A stretch of 64,000 nucleotides of DNA from Beijerinckiaceae bacterium (GTDB lineage: Bacteria > Pseudomonadota > Alphaproteobacteria > Rhizobiales > Beijerinckiaceae). The translations under genes and the position numbers were made by a program. The notes beneath the pieces are model-generated. The model had not been told where the DNA came from, made no database searches, and worked only from the letters and a program-made list of their open reading frames with translations. Within the stretch, counting starts at the first letter, position 1, and each line of letters opens with the position of its first letter. This document shows, in pieces, positions 19,716-30,459 of this stretch. The DNA lies in contig WSYC01000012.1 of assembly GCA_009773635.1 (NCBI GenBank), forward strand, positions 114,030-178,029. Direction: 5' to 3'.

Positions 19716-20723
19716 ATGGCTGTGAAGGTAGCGATCAACGGTTTCGGGCGTATCGGCCGCAATGTGCTGCGCGCGATCGTGGAATCGGGCCGCAAGGACA
19801 TTCAGGTCGTCGCGATCAACGATCTCGGCCCGGTCGAGACCAACGCGCATCTCTTCCGCTTTGATTCAGTGCATGGAAAGTTCAACGGTACCGTGAAGGT
19901 TGACGGCGACACCATCGATGTCGGCACCGGCCCGATCAAGGTCACCGCCATCCGCAACCCCGCCGAGTTGCCGCACAAGGCGCTGGGCGTTGATATCGCA
20001 CTCGAATGCACGGGCATTTTCGTCTCGCGCGACAAGGCCGCCGCGCATCTCGAAGCCGGCGCGAAGCGCGTTCTGGTGTCCGCGCCCTGCGATGGTGCTG
20101 ATCTCACGGTCGTCTTCGGCGTCAACCACCAGAAGCTGACGAAGGATCATCTCGTCGTCTCCAACGCCTCCTGCACCACCAACTGCCTCGCGCCGGTCGC
20201 GAAAGTGCTGAACGATGTCATCGGCATCGAGCGCGGCATGATGACGACGATCCACTCCTACACCGGCGATCAGCCGACGCTCGATACCATGCACAAGGAT
20301 CTCTACCGCGGCCGTGCGGCGGCGCTCTCGATGATCCCGACCTCGACCGGCGCCGCCAAGGCTGTCGGCCTCGTTCTGCCCGAACTCAACGGCAAGCTCG
20401 ATGGCGGCGCGATCCGCGTGCCGACCCCGAACGTTTCGGTCGTCGACCTCAAGTTCCTCGCCAAGCGCGAGACCTCGAAGGACGAGATCAACGCCGCGAT
20501 CAAGGCCGCGGCCGATGGCGCGCTCAAGGGCATCCTCGGCTATACCAATGCGCCGAACGTCTCGGTCGATTTCAACCACGATCCGCATTCGTCGATCTTC
20601 CACATGGACCAGACCAAGGTGATGGGCGGCACACTGTGCTCGATCCTCACCTGGTATGACAACGAATGGGGTTTTTCGAACCGCATGTCGGATACGGCAG
20701 TTGCGATGGCCAAGCTGATTTAA
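19716..20723 (+). CDS. gap: Glyceraldehyde-3-phosphate dehydrogenase (type I)
   Basis: [28 protein letters not shown]. Confidence 0.99.
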   Translation: MAVKVAINGFGRIGRNVLRAIVESGRKDIQVVAINDLGPVETNAHLFRFDSVHGKFNGTVKVDGDTIDVGTGPIKVTAIRNPAELPHKALGVDIALECTGIFVSRDKAAAHLEAGAKRVLVSAPCDGADLTVVFGVNHQKLTKDHLVVSNASCTTNCLAPVAKVLNDVIGIERGMMTTIHSYTGDQPTLDTMHKDLYRGRAAALSMIPTSTGAAKAVGLVLPELNGKLDGGAIRVPTPNVSVVDLKFLAKRETSKDEINAAIKAAADGALKGILGYTNAPNVSVDFNHDPHSSIFHMDQTKVMGGTLCSILTWYDNEWGFSNRMSDTAVAMAKLI

Positions 20724-20749
20724 TTCGCCCAACCCAACAGGAGCCGGCC

Positions 20750-21124
20750 ATGAACGATCGCATCGAACCCACCGTTGATCCGACCGCCGAGCCGGCTCCT
20801 GCGCCGCGCACCGCGCCGAAATCCGCCCTCGACCAGCTCAGCCGCATCGAGGAAAAGGCGGCGCGGATCGAAGAGAAATTCGCACGCTACGAAGCGCTCT
20901 TCGGACGCGTCGAGCACCGGCTTGATATCGCGGCGCAGCGCGTCGAGATCGCGGCGAAATCGGTGGATGCGGTCGAGCTTTCAACGGAAGTCGCCACGCT
21001 GCGCGCCAAGATCGACAAGGTGCCGCGCTTCGTCTCCCTCGTTACCACGGCCTTCATCACCGCCGTGGCGACGACCATTCTCGTCGTCCTCGTTCTCAAA
21101 CTGTTCCCCGGCCTCGTGAAATGA
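20750..21124 (+). CDS. Hypothetical coiled-coil protein with C-terminal TM helix
   Basis: AGGAG RBS, host-like codon usage, GTGA/ATGA overlap with pgk. Confidence 0.8.
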   Translation: MNDRIEPTVDPTAEPAPAPRTAPKSALDQLSRIEEKAARIEEKFARYEALFGRVEHRLDIAAQRVEIAAKSVDAVELSTEVATLRAKIDKVPRFVSLVTTAFITAVATTILVVLVLKLFPGLVK

Positions 21125-22326
21125 CTGCCTTCAAGACGCTCGACGATCTCGTTGCACGCGGAAAGCGCGTGCTTGTGCGCGTCGATCTCAACGTGCCCAT
21201 GGAAAATGGCCGCATCACCGATGCCACCCGCCTCGACCGCATCCTGCCGACGCTGAAGGACATCGCCGACAAGGGCGGCAAGGTGATCCTGCTCGCGCAT
21301 TTCGGCCGACCGAAGGGCGAGACCTTCGAGGAGCGCGCCAACGCGGCGGAGAGCCTCGCGCCGGTGGTGGGTGAGCTTGCCAAACGCTTGAGCCAGCCGA
21401 TCGCCTTTGCGCCGAACTGCATCGGCGAGGTCGCCGAACAGGCCGTTGCTGCCATGAAAGATGGCGACGTGCTCTGCCTCGAGAACACCCGCTTCCACAA
21501 GGCCGAGGAAAAGAACGGCGCGGATTTCATCGCCGCGCTCGCGCACCTCGGCGATGCCTATGTCAATGACGCCTTCTCCGCCGCGCACCGCGCCCATGCC
21601 TCCACGGAAGGGCTGGCGCACGCGCTGCCCGCTTACGCTGGCCGGACGATGGAAGCCGAGTTGAAGGCGCTCGATGCCGCCCTCGGAACCCCCAAGCGCC
21701 CGGTGATGGCGATTGTCGGCGGCGCGAAGGTTTCCACCAAGCTCGATCTTCTCGGCAACCTCGTCTCGAAGGTTGATTGCCTCGTCATCGGCGGCGGCAT
21801 GGCCAATACGTTTCTTGCCGCCCGCGGCGTCAATGTCGGCAAGTCGCTCTGCGAGCATGATCTCGTCGCCACCGCGCGCGAGATCGAGGTGAAGGCAAAG
21901 ACCGCCGGTTGCGAGATCATCCTGCCGGTGGATGGGTTGCTATCGAAAGAGTTCAGGGCCAACCCGCCCCATCGTGCAGCATCGGTGAACGAAGTTGCGG
22001 CCGACGAGATGATCCTCGACGCCGGGCCTGTATCGGCCAAGGCGATCATCGCGAAGCTCGACGGCATGAAAACGCTGGTCTGGAACGGCCCGCTCGGTGC
22101 GTTCGAGCTGGCGCCGTTCGATACGGCAACCGTCGCCGTCGCCAAGGCTGCCGCCGCGCTTACGACCAAGGGAGCGCTTGTTTCCGTCGCCGGGGGCGGT
22201 GATACCGTCGGCGCGCTCAACCACGCTGGCGTGGCCGATGACATGACCTATATCTCGACCGCCGGCGGCGCCTTCCTCGAATGGATGGAAGGCAAGGAAT
22301 TGCCGGGGGTCAAGGCGCTCGGGTAA
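21121..22326 (+). CDS. pgk: Phosphoglycerate kinase
   Basis: [43 protein letters not shown]. Confidence 0.99.
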   Translation: MTAFKTLDDLVARGKRVLVRVDLNVPMENGRITDATRLDRILPTLKDIADKGGKVILLAHFGRPKGETFEERANAAESLAPVVGELAKRLSQPIAFAPNCIGEVAEQAVAAMKDGDVLCLENTRFHKAEEKNGADFIAALAHLGDAYVNDAFSAAHRAHASTEGLAHALPAYAGRTMEAELKALDAALGTPKRPVMAIVGGAKVSTKLDLLGNLVSKVDCLVIGGGMANTFLAARGVNVGKSLCEHDLVATAREIEVKAKTAGCEIILPVDGLLSKEFRANPPHRAASVNEVAADEMILDAGPVSAKAIIAKLDGMKTLVWNGPLGAFELAPFDTATVAVAKAAAALTTKGALVSVAGGGDTVGALNHAGVADDMTYISTAGGAFLEWMEGKELPGVKALG

Positions 22327-22334
22327 CAACAGCG

Positions 22335-22727
22335 ATGAATGACGCCCGCTGTTTCTGGTGTTCTTTTTTCATGGTCCTAAGCCCCTATGCGGTTGCTCAG
22401 GCTGAAGTGCCCAAATTGCTTCTGTGTGCTTGGGACATGACAATGGAAGACGACACTCATGCTCACGGAACAGGGTGGAGACTAAAAATTGACAACGAGC
22501 ACAAACAGCTTTTTGGCCTAGGAGAAGCCCCCGCGAAAATAAAATCTCAATCCTCCAGTGAAATCACGTTTGAGGGTGAACGTGTTTTCAAAGGGAGGAT
22601 CATCGAAAATTTCGTGGGGAGTCTTTTGCCTAATGGTCGCGGCACGGTTCGTTTCAAGGAAACAACTGGGATGGATCAAAGACGGGGAACTTACTTGTTG
22701 TATTGCAAGCCCGATCTAGTCCCCTAA
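22335..22727 (+). CDS. Low-GC hypothetical secreted protein (ORFan-like)
   Basis: 130 aa, signal-like N-terminus ending AVAQA, Cys near each end of the mature part. Hand-counted GC is about 46% (138/300 over 22441-22740). Confidence 0.6.
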   Translation: MNDARCFWCSFFMVLSPYAVAQAEVPKLLLCAWDMTMEDDTHAHGTGWRLKIDNEHKQLFGLGEAPAKIKSQSSSEITFEGERVFKGRIIENFVGSLLPNGRGTVRFKETTGMDQRRGTYLLYCKPDLVP

Positions 22728-22771
22728 AAAGCATACATAAAATAAAAGATCACGCGAAGGAGTAACATGAC

Positions 22772-23839
22772 ATGGCCCGCATCACCTTGCGCCAACTGCT
22801 CGACCACGCCGCCGAGAACGATTACGGCGTGCCCGCCTTCAACATCAACAACATGGAGCAGGCGCTGGCGATCATGGCCGCGGCCGATGCTGCCGACGCC
22901 CCCGTCATCATTCAGGCGAGCCGCGGCGCGCGTTCCTACGCCAATGACATCATGCTCAAGCACATGATGGACGCGGTGACCGAAATTTACCCGCATATCC
23001 CGGTCTGCGTGCATCTTGACCACGGCAACGAGCCCGCAACCTGCATGACCGCAATCCAGGCCGGCTTCACCTCGGTGATGATGGACGGTTCGCTGAAAGC
23101 CGACGGCAAAACGCCGGGCGACTGGGATTACAACGTCGGCGTGACGAAGGCGGTGACGGAGATGAGCCACCTCGGCGGCATCTCGGTCGAAGGTGAACTC
23201 GGCGTGCTCGGCAGCCTCGAAACTGGCGAGGGCGAGAAGGAAGACGGCCATGGCTTCGAGGGCAAGCTCAGCCACGACCAGCTCCTCACCAACCCGGACG
23301 AAGCGGTGAAGTTCGTCAAGGAAACCAAGGTCGATGCGCTCGCGATCGCGATGGGCACCTCGCACGGCGCCTACAAGTTCACCCGCAAGCCCGATGGCAA
23401 GGTGCTCGCGATGAATGTCATCGAGGAAATCCACCGCAAGCTGCCGAACACGCATCTTGTGATGCACGGTTCTTCATCCGTGCCGCAGGAGCTTCAGGAC
23501 ATCATCAACGCCTATGGCGGCGTTATGAAACCGACCTGGGGCGTGCCGGTGGAGGAAATCCAGCGCGGTATCAAGCATGGCGTGCGCAAGATCAATATCG
23601 ACACCGACAACCGCATGGCGATGACCGGGCAGATCCGCAAGGTTTTTGCCGAGCACCCCGGCGAGTTCGATCCGCGCAAGTATCTCAAGCCCGCGATGGA
23701 AGCCATGACCGCGCTCTGCAAGCAGCGGCTGGAGGAATTCAATACCGCCGGCCAGGCCGGCAAGATCAAGAAGATCATCACGCTCAGCGAGATGGCGAAG
23801 CTCTACGCCAAGGGCGCGCTCGACCCGAAGATCGCCTGA
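22772..23839 (+). CDS. fba: Fructose-bisphosphate aldolase class II
   Basis: [43 protein letters not shown]. Confidence 0.98.
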   Translation: MARITLRQLLDHAAENDYGVPAFNINNMEQALAIMAAADAADAPVIIQASRGARSYANDIMLKHMMDAVTEIYPHIPVCVHLDHGNEPATCMTAIQAGFTSVMMDGSLKADGKTPGDWDYNVGVTKAVTEMSHLGGISVEGELGVLGSLETGEGEKEDGHGFEGKLSHDQLLTNPDEAVKFVKETKVDALAIAMGTSHGAYKFTRKPDGKVLAMNVIEEIHRKLPNTHLVMHGSSSVPQELQDIINAYGGVMKPTWGVPVEEIQRGIKHGVRKINIDTDNRMAMTGQIRKVFAEHPGEFDPRKYLKPAMEAMTALCKQRLEEFNTAGQAGKIKKIITLSEMAKLYAKGALDPKIA

Positions 23840-23914
23840 TCCCACGGGAACCGAAGGCACCAAGCCTTCGCAAGCGCGAATGCGCGCCCGAGCTTATGCG
23901 AGGGAACCCGAAGC

Positions 23915-23960
23915 AACAGGACGGCGGATGCTATCCAGCATTCGCCCTTTTCCTGTTTTT
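23915..23960 (+). terminator. Terminator after fba
   Basis: aacagga..gcggatgct-atcc-agcattcgc..tcctgtt followed by a T-run. Confidence 0.55.
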
Positions 23961-23976
23961 ATGGCATACGACCCCG

Positions 23977-24621
23977 ATGATCCCGCAATTCTATCTCATT
24001 ACACCCCTCATTGACGACGCCCTCGCCTTCCGCGCGAAGCTCGAACCTGTGCTCTCGACAGGCGCGATCGACGTGCTGCACGCGCGTTTCGCGGCAAAGA
24101 ATGACGCCGAACTCAAAGGCCCGGCAGCAGCACTCAGCAGCGTTGTGCAGGAAGCCGGCACTGCACTGGTCATTGATATGCCCGAGGATTCGCGGCTCGT
24201 CGCGCGGCTCGGGCTCGATGGCGTGCATGTCAGCAAGCCCGGCAAGGCGCTCGACGAGGCGATCTCCAGCCTCAAGCCGGACCGGATTGTCGGCATCGGC
24301 GGCCTCAAAGCGCGCCACGATGCGATGGAAGCCGGTGAGAAGGATGTCGATTACGTGATGTTCGGCGAGCCGCGTGCCGATGGCTCGATCCCGCCACTGG
24401 CACAGACGGTTGAACGCGCGGAATGGTGGGCGACGATCTTCACCCTGCCCTGCGTTGCCTATGCGGAAAGCCTTGAAGCCGTCACGGCGCTCGCGGGCAC
24501 CGGCGCGGAATTCATCGCGCTCGGTCCCTGGGTGTTCGAGACGCCCGACCCCGCGGAAACCGTCGCCGAAGCGCGCCGCCTCGCCAAAGCGCGGGTGCTG
24601 AGCCTCGCCGAACCCGGCTGA
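23977..24621 (+). CDS. Thiamine-phosphate synthase-like TIM-barrel protein (ThiE-like)
   Basis: DGVHV, RHDAMEAGE..VDYVMFGEP, WW...F..PCV, GAEFIAL. Confidence 0.85.
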   Translation: MIPQFYLITPLIDDALAFRAKLEPVLSTGAIDVLHARFAAKNDAELKGPAAALSSVVQEAGTALVIDMPEDSRLVARLGLDGVHVSKPGKALDEAISSLKPDRIVGIGGLKARHDAMEAGEKDVDYVMFGEPRADGSIPPLAQTVERAEWWATIFTLPCVAYAESLEAVTALAGTGAEFIALGPWVFETPDPAETVAEARRLAKARVLSLAEPG

Positions 24622-24747
24622 CGGGATCGCCCGGCAGACTTCAGCACCAATAACGCTTGCCTTGCCGCCCGATTTCCAGCAACAGGCTGGCAACATTCTT
24701 TGCCGCTGTTTCCCAACTCCCTGCCTGACAATCGAAGGTCGAGCCCG

Positions 24748-25560
24748 ATGATCCGCACGCCCCTGATGAATGTGATGACGGCTGCCGCCATCAAGGCCGG
24801 CAAATCGCTCAAGCGCGATTTTGCGGAGTTGCCGTCGCTCGTCATCTCGCGCAAGGGGCCCGGTGATTTCGTCTCCGAGGCGGACAAGAAGGCCGAGCGC
24901 ATCCTGTTTCAGGAACTCGCCAAGGCGCGGCCGGGTTATGGCTTCCTGATGGAGGAATCCGGCACGGTGGATGGCACCGACAAATCGCACCGCTTCCTGA
25001 TCGACCCGCTCGATGGCACGACCAATTTCCTGCACTCCATTCCGCAATTCTCGATCTCGATCGGTCTCGAACGCGAGGATGAGATCGTCGCAGGCCTCGT
25101 CTACAACCCGATCACCGAAGAAATGTTCGTCGCGGAAAAAGGGATGGGGGCCTTCGTCAACGGCGCGACGGGACGCGACAACTACCGCCTGCGCGTCTCG
25201 CCGCGCACGGATTTCGCCGATGCCGTGATCGGCTGCGGCGTGCCGCACGCGGGCCGGGGCGACCATGGCCAGTTCATCCGCGAACTTGCGGGCGTCATGC
25301 CGCGTTGCGCTGGCATCCGCCGACTTGGCTCGGCCGCGCTCGATCTCGCCTTTGTGGCGGCGGGGCGGATGGAAGGTTTCTGGGAGCGCAACCTCTCGCC
25401 GTGGGATATCGCTGCCGGGATCATTCTCGTGCGCGAGGCCGGCGGCTATGCCACGGCACCGGACGGTGGCACGAAAATCTTCGAAGGCCGCTGCGTGATT
25501 GCCGGCAACGAAGTGGCGCATCAGACACTGCTCAAGACCATCGCAAGCGCCAACGGTTGA
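24748..25560 (+). CDS. suhB: Inositol monophosphatase family protein
   Basis: DFVSEAD, IDPLDGTTNFLH, RRLGSAALDLA.VAAGR, WDIAAG. Confidence 0.95.
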   Translation: MIRTPLMNVMTAAAIKAGKSLKRDFAELPSLVISRKGPGDFVSEADKKAERILFQELAKARPGYGFLMEESGTVDGTDKSHRFLIDPLDGTTNFLHSIPQFSISIGLEREDEIVAGLVYNPITEEMFVAEKGMGAFVNGATGRDNYRLRVSPRTDFADAVIGCGVPHAGRGDHGQFIRELAGVMPRCAGIRRLGSAALDLAFVAAGRMEGFWERNLSPWDIAAGIILVREAGGYATAPDGGTKIFEGRCVIAGNEVAHQTLLKTIASANG

Positions 25561-25652
25561 TCGCGACGCCTTCGCGGTTGCCATTCCGCGCCGAACAGTC
25601 TTGACTAGGCACGGTTCCACCGTGCAGGGATCAGGGGTTCGAGGGATATGGA

Positions 25653-26636
25653 ATGGCGAAAGCGCAAACCCGCCGCAGGCTGACATCGCCGGGGTTGTTC
25701 CTGTTCCGGATGCTGGTGTTCCTCGTGCTGGCCGGCCTTGTCCTGCTGGTCATGCAGAAGCAGATCCTCGTCGCCTTCTGGGCCAATCCGGCGCTGAACG
25801 GGCTGATTTTTCTTGTCCTTTTTCTCGGAATTGTCTTTGCCTTCGCGCAGGTTGCGCGGCTGGTGCGCGAAATCCGCTGGGTCAACAGCCGGATCGAAGC
25901 AGACGCGACCAAACCCGCACCCTCCGATCCCGTGTTGCTCGCACCGATGGCGGCCCTGCTCGGCGACAAGATCGGCAGCACCGGCATTTCGACGATCACG
26001 CTGCGCTCGGTGCTCGATTCGATCGGCGGGCGGTTAGACGAGAGTCGCGAGATCTCGCGCTATCTCACCGGCCTTCTGATCTTTCTCGGGCTGCTCGGCA
26101 CCTTCTGGGGCCTCATCGAAACCGTATCCTCGATCGGCGGCGTCATCGAGAAATTGCCGAGCACAGGGGAAAACACCGCGCTGTTCGATGAGTTGAAGCG
26201 CTCGCTCGCCGCCCCGCTCGGCGGCATGGGTATCGCGTTTTCATCCTCGCTCTTCGGCCTCGCGGGGTCACTGACCCTCGGGTTCCTCGATCTGCAGGCC
26301 GGGCAGGCGCAAAGCCGCTTCTTCTACGAGGTCGAGGAATGGCTGTCCGCCGCCGTGCATGACCAGCCGATCGCCACCGGCTCGTCGCTGGAGTGGCGGA
26401 TGGCGCTCGACGGCATTTCCCGCGCGGTGAACGACGCCGGAACCGGCAGGAGTTCGGCACAGGCCATCGCCGGCCTCGCCGAAGGCATCCAGGCCATGGT
26501 GCAGCACATGCGGGGCGAGCAGCAGATGATCCGCACCTGGGTGGAAGCACAGGCCGCTCAACAGGCTGACCTGAAGCGCCTGCTCGAAAAGCTCACACGC
26601 GAGGCGCCCGCGCCCGACGACCGGAAGGCCGAGTGA
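25653..26636 (+). CDS. MotA/TolQ/ExbB proton-channel family protein
   Basis: LIFLGLLGTFWGL and GMGIAFSSSLFGL TM motifs; C-terminal coiled coil. Confidence 0.9.
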   Translation: MAKAQTRRRLTSPGLFLFRMLVFLVLAGLVLLVMQKQILVAFWANPALNGLIFLVLFLGIVFAFAQVARLVREIRWVNSRIEADATKPAPSDPVLLAPMAALLGDKIGSTGISTITLRSVLDSIGGRLDESREISRYLTGLLIFLGLLGTFWGLIETVSSIGGVIEKLPSTGENTALFDELKRSLAAPLGGMGIAFSSSLFGLAGSLTLGFLDLQAGQAQSRFFYEVEEWLSAAVHDQPIATGSSLEWRMALDGISRAVNDAGTGRSSAQAIAGLAEGIQAMVQHMRGEQQMIRTWVEAQAAQQADLKRLLEKLTREAPAPDDRKAE

Positions 26637-27655
26637 TGGCACTCGGGCGCAACCGCGGCCGCGACCGGAGCATCGACTACTGGCCCGGCTTCGTCGATGC
26701 GCTCTCGACGCTGCTGCTCGTCTTCATCTTCCTTCTGGCCGTCTTCATGCTCGGGCAGTTTTTCATCAGCCGCGAAATCGCCGGTAAGGATGATTTTCTC
26801 CAGCAGCTCAACCAGCGTCTTTCGGCCCTCACCGACCTTCTCGCGCTCGAAAAGGATGCCAAGGCCGCCAGCGAACAGCGCGCGATGACGCTGTCAGCGA
26901 CCCTCGCCAACGAGCGCGCCGAGCGCGAACGCCTGCAGGGTCTCGTCGCCGGCACGTCGGACACTCAGGCCCGGATCGGTGAGCTCACCCGCGCGGCGGA
27001 GGATGAGAAAGCATCGGCAACGCGCGCCTTGCGCGAGGTGAGCCTGCTCAGCCAGCAGATCAGTGCCATGCGCCAGCAGTTGCAGGCGCTCGAGAACGCG
27101 CTCGCGACCTCCGAAAACCGCGAGAAAGACGCACAGATGCGGATTTCTGATCTCGGCAGCCGGCTCAACGTCGCGTTGGCGCAGCGGGTGCAGGAGCTGA
27201 ACAAATATCGCTCCGATTTCTTCGGACGCCTGCGCACGGTGCTGAGTTCGCGGCCCGATGTCCGCATCGTCGGGGACCGGTTCGTGTTCCAGTCCGAGAT
27301 TTTCTTCGGCTCCGGCGGCGCGGAAATGGAGGGTGCGGGCAAGGACGAGCTCGACAAGCTCGCCGGCGCGCTGATCGAGCTTGAACGCACGATCCCGCCG
27401 GATATCCCGTGGGTGGCGCGGATCGATGGGCACACAGACAAGCGGCCGCTCTCCGGCGCAGGGCAGTTCAAGGACAACTGGGAGCTGTCGAGCGCCCGCG
27501 CGATCGCTGTCGTGCGCTACCTCAATTCAAAGGGGGTCTCACCGCAGAGACTGGTCGCTGCCGGTTTCGGTGAGTACGCGCCGCTCGACTTCGGCGATAC
27601 GCCCGAGGCGCTCGCCCGCAACAGGCGGCTTGAACTCAAGCTGACCGAGCGCTGA
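26633..27655 (+). CDS. MotB/OmpA-like peptidoglycan-binding membrane protein
   Basis: YWPGFVDALSTLL (conserved TM Asp), long coiled coil, GHTD...NWELSSARA...NRR OmpA-C domain. Confidence 0.9.
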   Translation: MMALGRNRGRDRSIDYWPGFVDALSTLLLVFIFLLAVFMLGQFFISREIAGKDDFLQQLNQRLSALTDLLALEKDAKAASEQRAMTLSATLANERAERERLQGLVAGTSDTQARIGELTRAAEDEKASATRALREVSLLSQQISAMRQQLQALENALATSENREKDAQMRISDLGSRLNVALAQRVQELNKYRSDFFGRLRTVLSSRPDVRIVGDRFVFQSEIFFGSGGAEMEGAGKDELDKLAGALIELERTIPPDIPWVARIDGHTDKRPLSGAGQFKDNWELSSARAIAVVRYLNSKGVSPQRLVAAGFGEYAPLDFGDTPEALARNRRLELKLTER

Positions 27656-28113
27656 TGATCGACATCACAGACGGCCGCGCTGACGATGCGCCGGCGCTTG
27701 CCGAGCTCTGGCGTGCCGCCTGGCAGCTGACCTACCCCGAGATCGATTTTGCCGCCCGCCTGCCGTTTATCCACGGCCAGTTTGGCGAGGCGGCAGAGGG
27801 GCGCTATGCGTTTCGCGTCGCGTGGCACGCAAGCGTACCGCAAGGCTTCACGCTCGTTGAAGGCGAAACCAGCCTCCTTGAACAGATCGTCGTTGCACCG
27901 GAGGCCTGGGGCACGGGCGCGGCGGATGCCCTGCTCGACGATGTGCTCAAACGGCACGGACCGACGCTCTGGCTGGTGGTCAACCAGTTCAATGCCCGCG
28001 CGATCACCTTCTACCAGCGCAAGGGCTTCGTGATTGTCGCCGAGGGCGCCAATGCCGCCGGTCGCCCGACCTACACGATGCGCTTGGCCGCGAAGACGCC
28101 GCTCACGCCGTAA
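27655..28113 (+). CDS. GNAT family N-acetyltransferase
   Basis: QIVVAPEAWGTGAADALL; NARAITFYQRKGF. Confidence 0.87.
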   Translation: MIDITDGRADDAPALAELWRAAWQLTYPEIDFAARLPFIHGQFGEAAEGRYAFRVAWHASVPQGFTLVEGETSLLEQIVVAPEAWGTGAADALLDDVLKRHGPTLWLVVNQFNARAITFYQRKGFVIVAEGANAAGRPTYTMRLAAKTPLTP

Positions 28114-29893
28114 ACTGCAGCGATGCGAGGCGCGCGTAGGTGCCCCCCTTGGCAAGAAGCGCTTCATGCGTGCCTTCCTCGACGATGCGTCCGGCTTCCA
28201 GCACGATGATCCGATCCGCGTTGCGGATGGTCGCAAGCCGGTGCGCGATCACCAGCGCCGTCCGACCGAGCATGGCGCGGTCGAGCGCCTCCTGCACGGC
28301 GCGCTCATTTTCGGCATCGAGTGCCGAGGTTGCCTCATCAAGCAGCAGGATCGGGGCATTGCGCAGGATCGCCCGCGCGATCGCGATCCGCTGCCGCTCA
28401 CCGCCCGAAAGCGTCACTCCGCGCTCGCCGATTTCGGTTTCAAGCCCGTTGGCGAGCTTGTCCGCGAAGGCCGCGACCGCCGCCTGCTCGGCCGCGTGGC
28501 GCACCTCGGCATCCGTCGCATCCGGGCGGGCGACGCGGATATTGCCGGCGATACTGTCGGCGAAGATCACCGGGTCCTGCGGCACGATCGCGACGAGCGA
28601 GCGCAGCCCTGCGAGCGAGAGCTGGTCGATGGATGTGCCATCGATGGAAATCGTGCCGGCCGAAGGATCATAAAACCGCAGCAGCAGCTGGAACAGACTG
28701 GTCTTGCCAGCACCGGAGGGACCGACGATCGCGATCCGCTCGCCCGAGCGCACCGCAAGGTCAACCGGGCCGATCACCTGCCGATCCGGCGCTGTCGGAT
28801 AGGCGAAAGCGACGCCAGCAAAGGCGATCTCGCCGCGGGAAGGACGGGCGGGTGCAACCGGCTCGGCGGGGTCTTTGACCTTCGGCTCGACCGCCATGAG
28901 GTCGGCGATCCGCTGGGCTGCACCGGCGGCCTGATTGAGCTGGCCGAAGACCTCCGACAGCTGCCCGAGAGAACTTGCCGCAAAAACGGCATAGAGCACG
29001 AACTGAGAGAGCCGCCCCGCACTCATCTCGCCCGCGATTACCGCCTTCGCCCCGGTCCAGAGCACGAAGGTGATCGAGGCAAAGGCGATGAAGATGATGA
29101 TCGTGGTCAGCACGGCGCGTGCACCGGTCGCGGCACGCGCGGCCTGAAAAGCGTCCTCAACCGCGCCCGCGAACCGCGTGATCGCAGCTTTTTCGCCGCC
29201 GAACCCCTGAACCGTGCGCACCGCGCCGATCCTCTCGGTGGCAAAGGAGGCGGCTTCCGCCAGCGTATCCTGCGCGGATTGCGATCGCTTGCGCACGCCC
29301 CGCCCCGCCGCGACCAGCGGCAGAACGATGAGCGGAATCGCGAGCAACACCAGCACCGAGAGCTGCGGCGAGGTGAAAATCATCATCGCGACCGCGCCGA
29401 TGAGCAGGATCGCATTGCGCAACGCGATGGAGGCACTGGCACCGAAGGTGGATTTCAGCTCGGTCGTATCCGCTGTCAGCCGCGAGACAATCTCGCCGGA
29501 ACGGGCGGAATCAAAAAACGCGCCGTCAAGCTGCATCACACGCTCGAACACGGCAGCGCGGACGCGGGCGACGACGCGCTCGCCGATCGTCATCACATAG
29601 TAGTAGCGGACGCCGGCGGAGATCGCGAGGCCGAAGGTCAGCAGCACGATCATGCCGAAATAGGCATCAACAAGCCCCCGATTCTCGGCGGAAAAACCGA
29701 AATCCACCATTCGCCGCACGGCGAGGGGCACGGCAAGCGTCAGCACCGCGGCAGCGGTAAGCGCCATGAGGGCGATGCCGATCCGCACCCGCTCCGCCCG
29801 CGCGAAGGGGATGAGAACGACCAGCGAGGAAAAATCGGGGCGCATCGACCGGCGCCGTGCCGGCGCAGGCGCTTCGGGTGGCAAATCAGTCAT
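28103..29893 (-). CDS. ABC exporter, fused permease/ATPase (MsbA-like)
   Basis: Six-TM domain, GPSGAGKT, LSGGERQRIAIARA, LLLDEATSALD, IAHRL. Confidence 0.95.
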   Translation of the reverse strand: MTDLPPEAPAPARRRSMRPDFSSLVVLIPFARAERVRIGIALMALTAAAVLTLAVPLAVRRMVDFGFSAENRGLVDAYFGMIVLLTFGLAISAGVRYYYVMTIGERVVARVRAAVFERVMQLDGAFFDSARSGEIVSRLTADTTELKSTFGASASIALRNAILLIGAVAMMIFTSPQLSVLVLLAIPLIVLPLVAAGRGVRKRSQSAQDTLAEAASFATERIGAVRTVQGFGGEKAAITRFAGAVEDAFQAARAATGARAVLTTIIIFIAFASITFVLWTGAKAVIAGEMSAGRLSQFVLYAVFAASSLGQLSEVFGQLNQAAGAAQRIADLMAVEPKVKDPAEPVAPARPSRGEIAFAGVAFAYPTAPDRQVIGPVDLAVRSGERIAIVGPSGAGKTSLFQLLLRFYDPSAGTISIDGTSIDQLSLAGLRSLVAIVPQDPVIFADSIAGNIRVARPDATDAEVRHAAEQAAVAAFADKLANGLETEIGERGVTLSGGERQRIAIARAILRNAPILLLDEATSALDAENERAVQEALDRAMLGRTALVIAHRLATIRNADRIIVLEAGRIVEEGTHEALLAKGGTYARLASLQFTA

Positions 29894-29984
29894 TTATACG
29901 CCTTGTCCTCGCCCGGAAGACGCCCGGACCGCGACGGCCCGGATCATCCCATAAACTTCCCGTCATCGTTTGGCCGGTCAGCGC

Positions 29985-30013
29985 TTGTCCCGTCAAGCAC
30001 TCTCATGTATAGG
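29985..30013 (+). promoter_or_regulatory. Sigma70-type promoter of rpmE
   Basis: TTGTCC-17 nt-TATAGG. Confidence 0.55.
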
Positions 30014-30095
30014 GGCGCTCTCACAAACAAGGTTCTGGCGTCAGTACGGCGCGCGAGAGCGTCCGGTCGACGGGTTTTTTCGAAAGGCTCCCCCC

Positions 30096-30326
30096 ATGAA
30101 GGCGGATATCCATCCCGACTATCACTTCATCAAGGTCGTCATGACCAATGGCACCGAATTCATCACTCGCTCGACCTACGGCAAGGCCGACGACAAGCTC
30201 AGCCTCGATATCGATCCCAGCTCGCACCCGGCCTGGACCGGCGGCTCGCAACAGCTGATGGACCGCGGCGGCCGCGTCTCGAAGTTCACGTCGAAGTTCG
30301 GCGGCCTCAACTTCGGCAAGAAGTAA
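30096..30326 (+). CDS. rpmE: 50S ribosomal protein L31 (no Zn-binding Cys)
   Basis: [10 protein letters not shown]...[12 protein letters not shown]...GGRVSKF. Confidence 0.97.
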   Translation: MKADIHPDYHFIKVVMTNGTEFITRSTYGKADDKLSLDIDPSSHPAWTGGSQQLMDRGGRVSKFTSKFGGLNFGKK

Positions 30327-30383
30327 GCCTTTCAGGGTGCGGGCGGCGCCTGGCGCCGGCACTTCTCGAAGAGTGCCAAATTG

Positions 30384-30414
30384 AAAAGCCCGCGATTCTC
30401 TCGCGGGCTTTTTT
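30384..30414. terminator. Bidirectional terminator (rpmE / rcdA)
   Basis: aaaagcccgcga-ttctc-tcgcgggctttttt. Confidence 0.85.
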
Positions 30415-30459
30415 CATGGATTCAGGTTCTTGCCCGCGCAGGCAAATGCGATGCCCGGC

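Noticed and set aside
25653-27655. Zorya defence system
   Set aside because: No ZorC, ZorD or ZorE-like gene is adjacent, and the context and codon usage are housekeeping-like.
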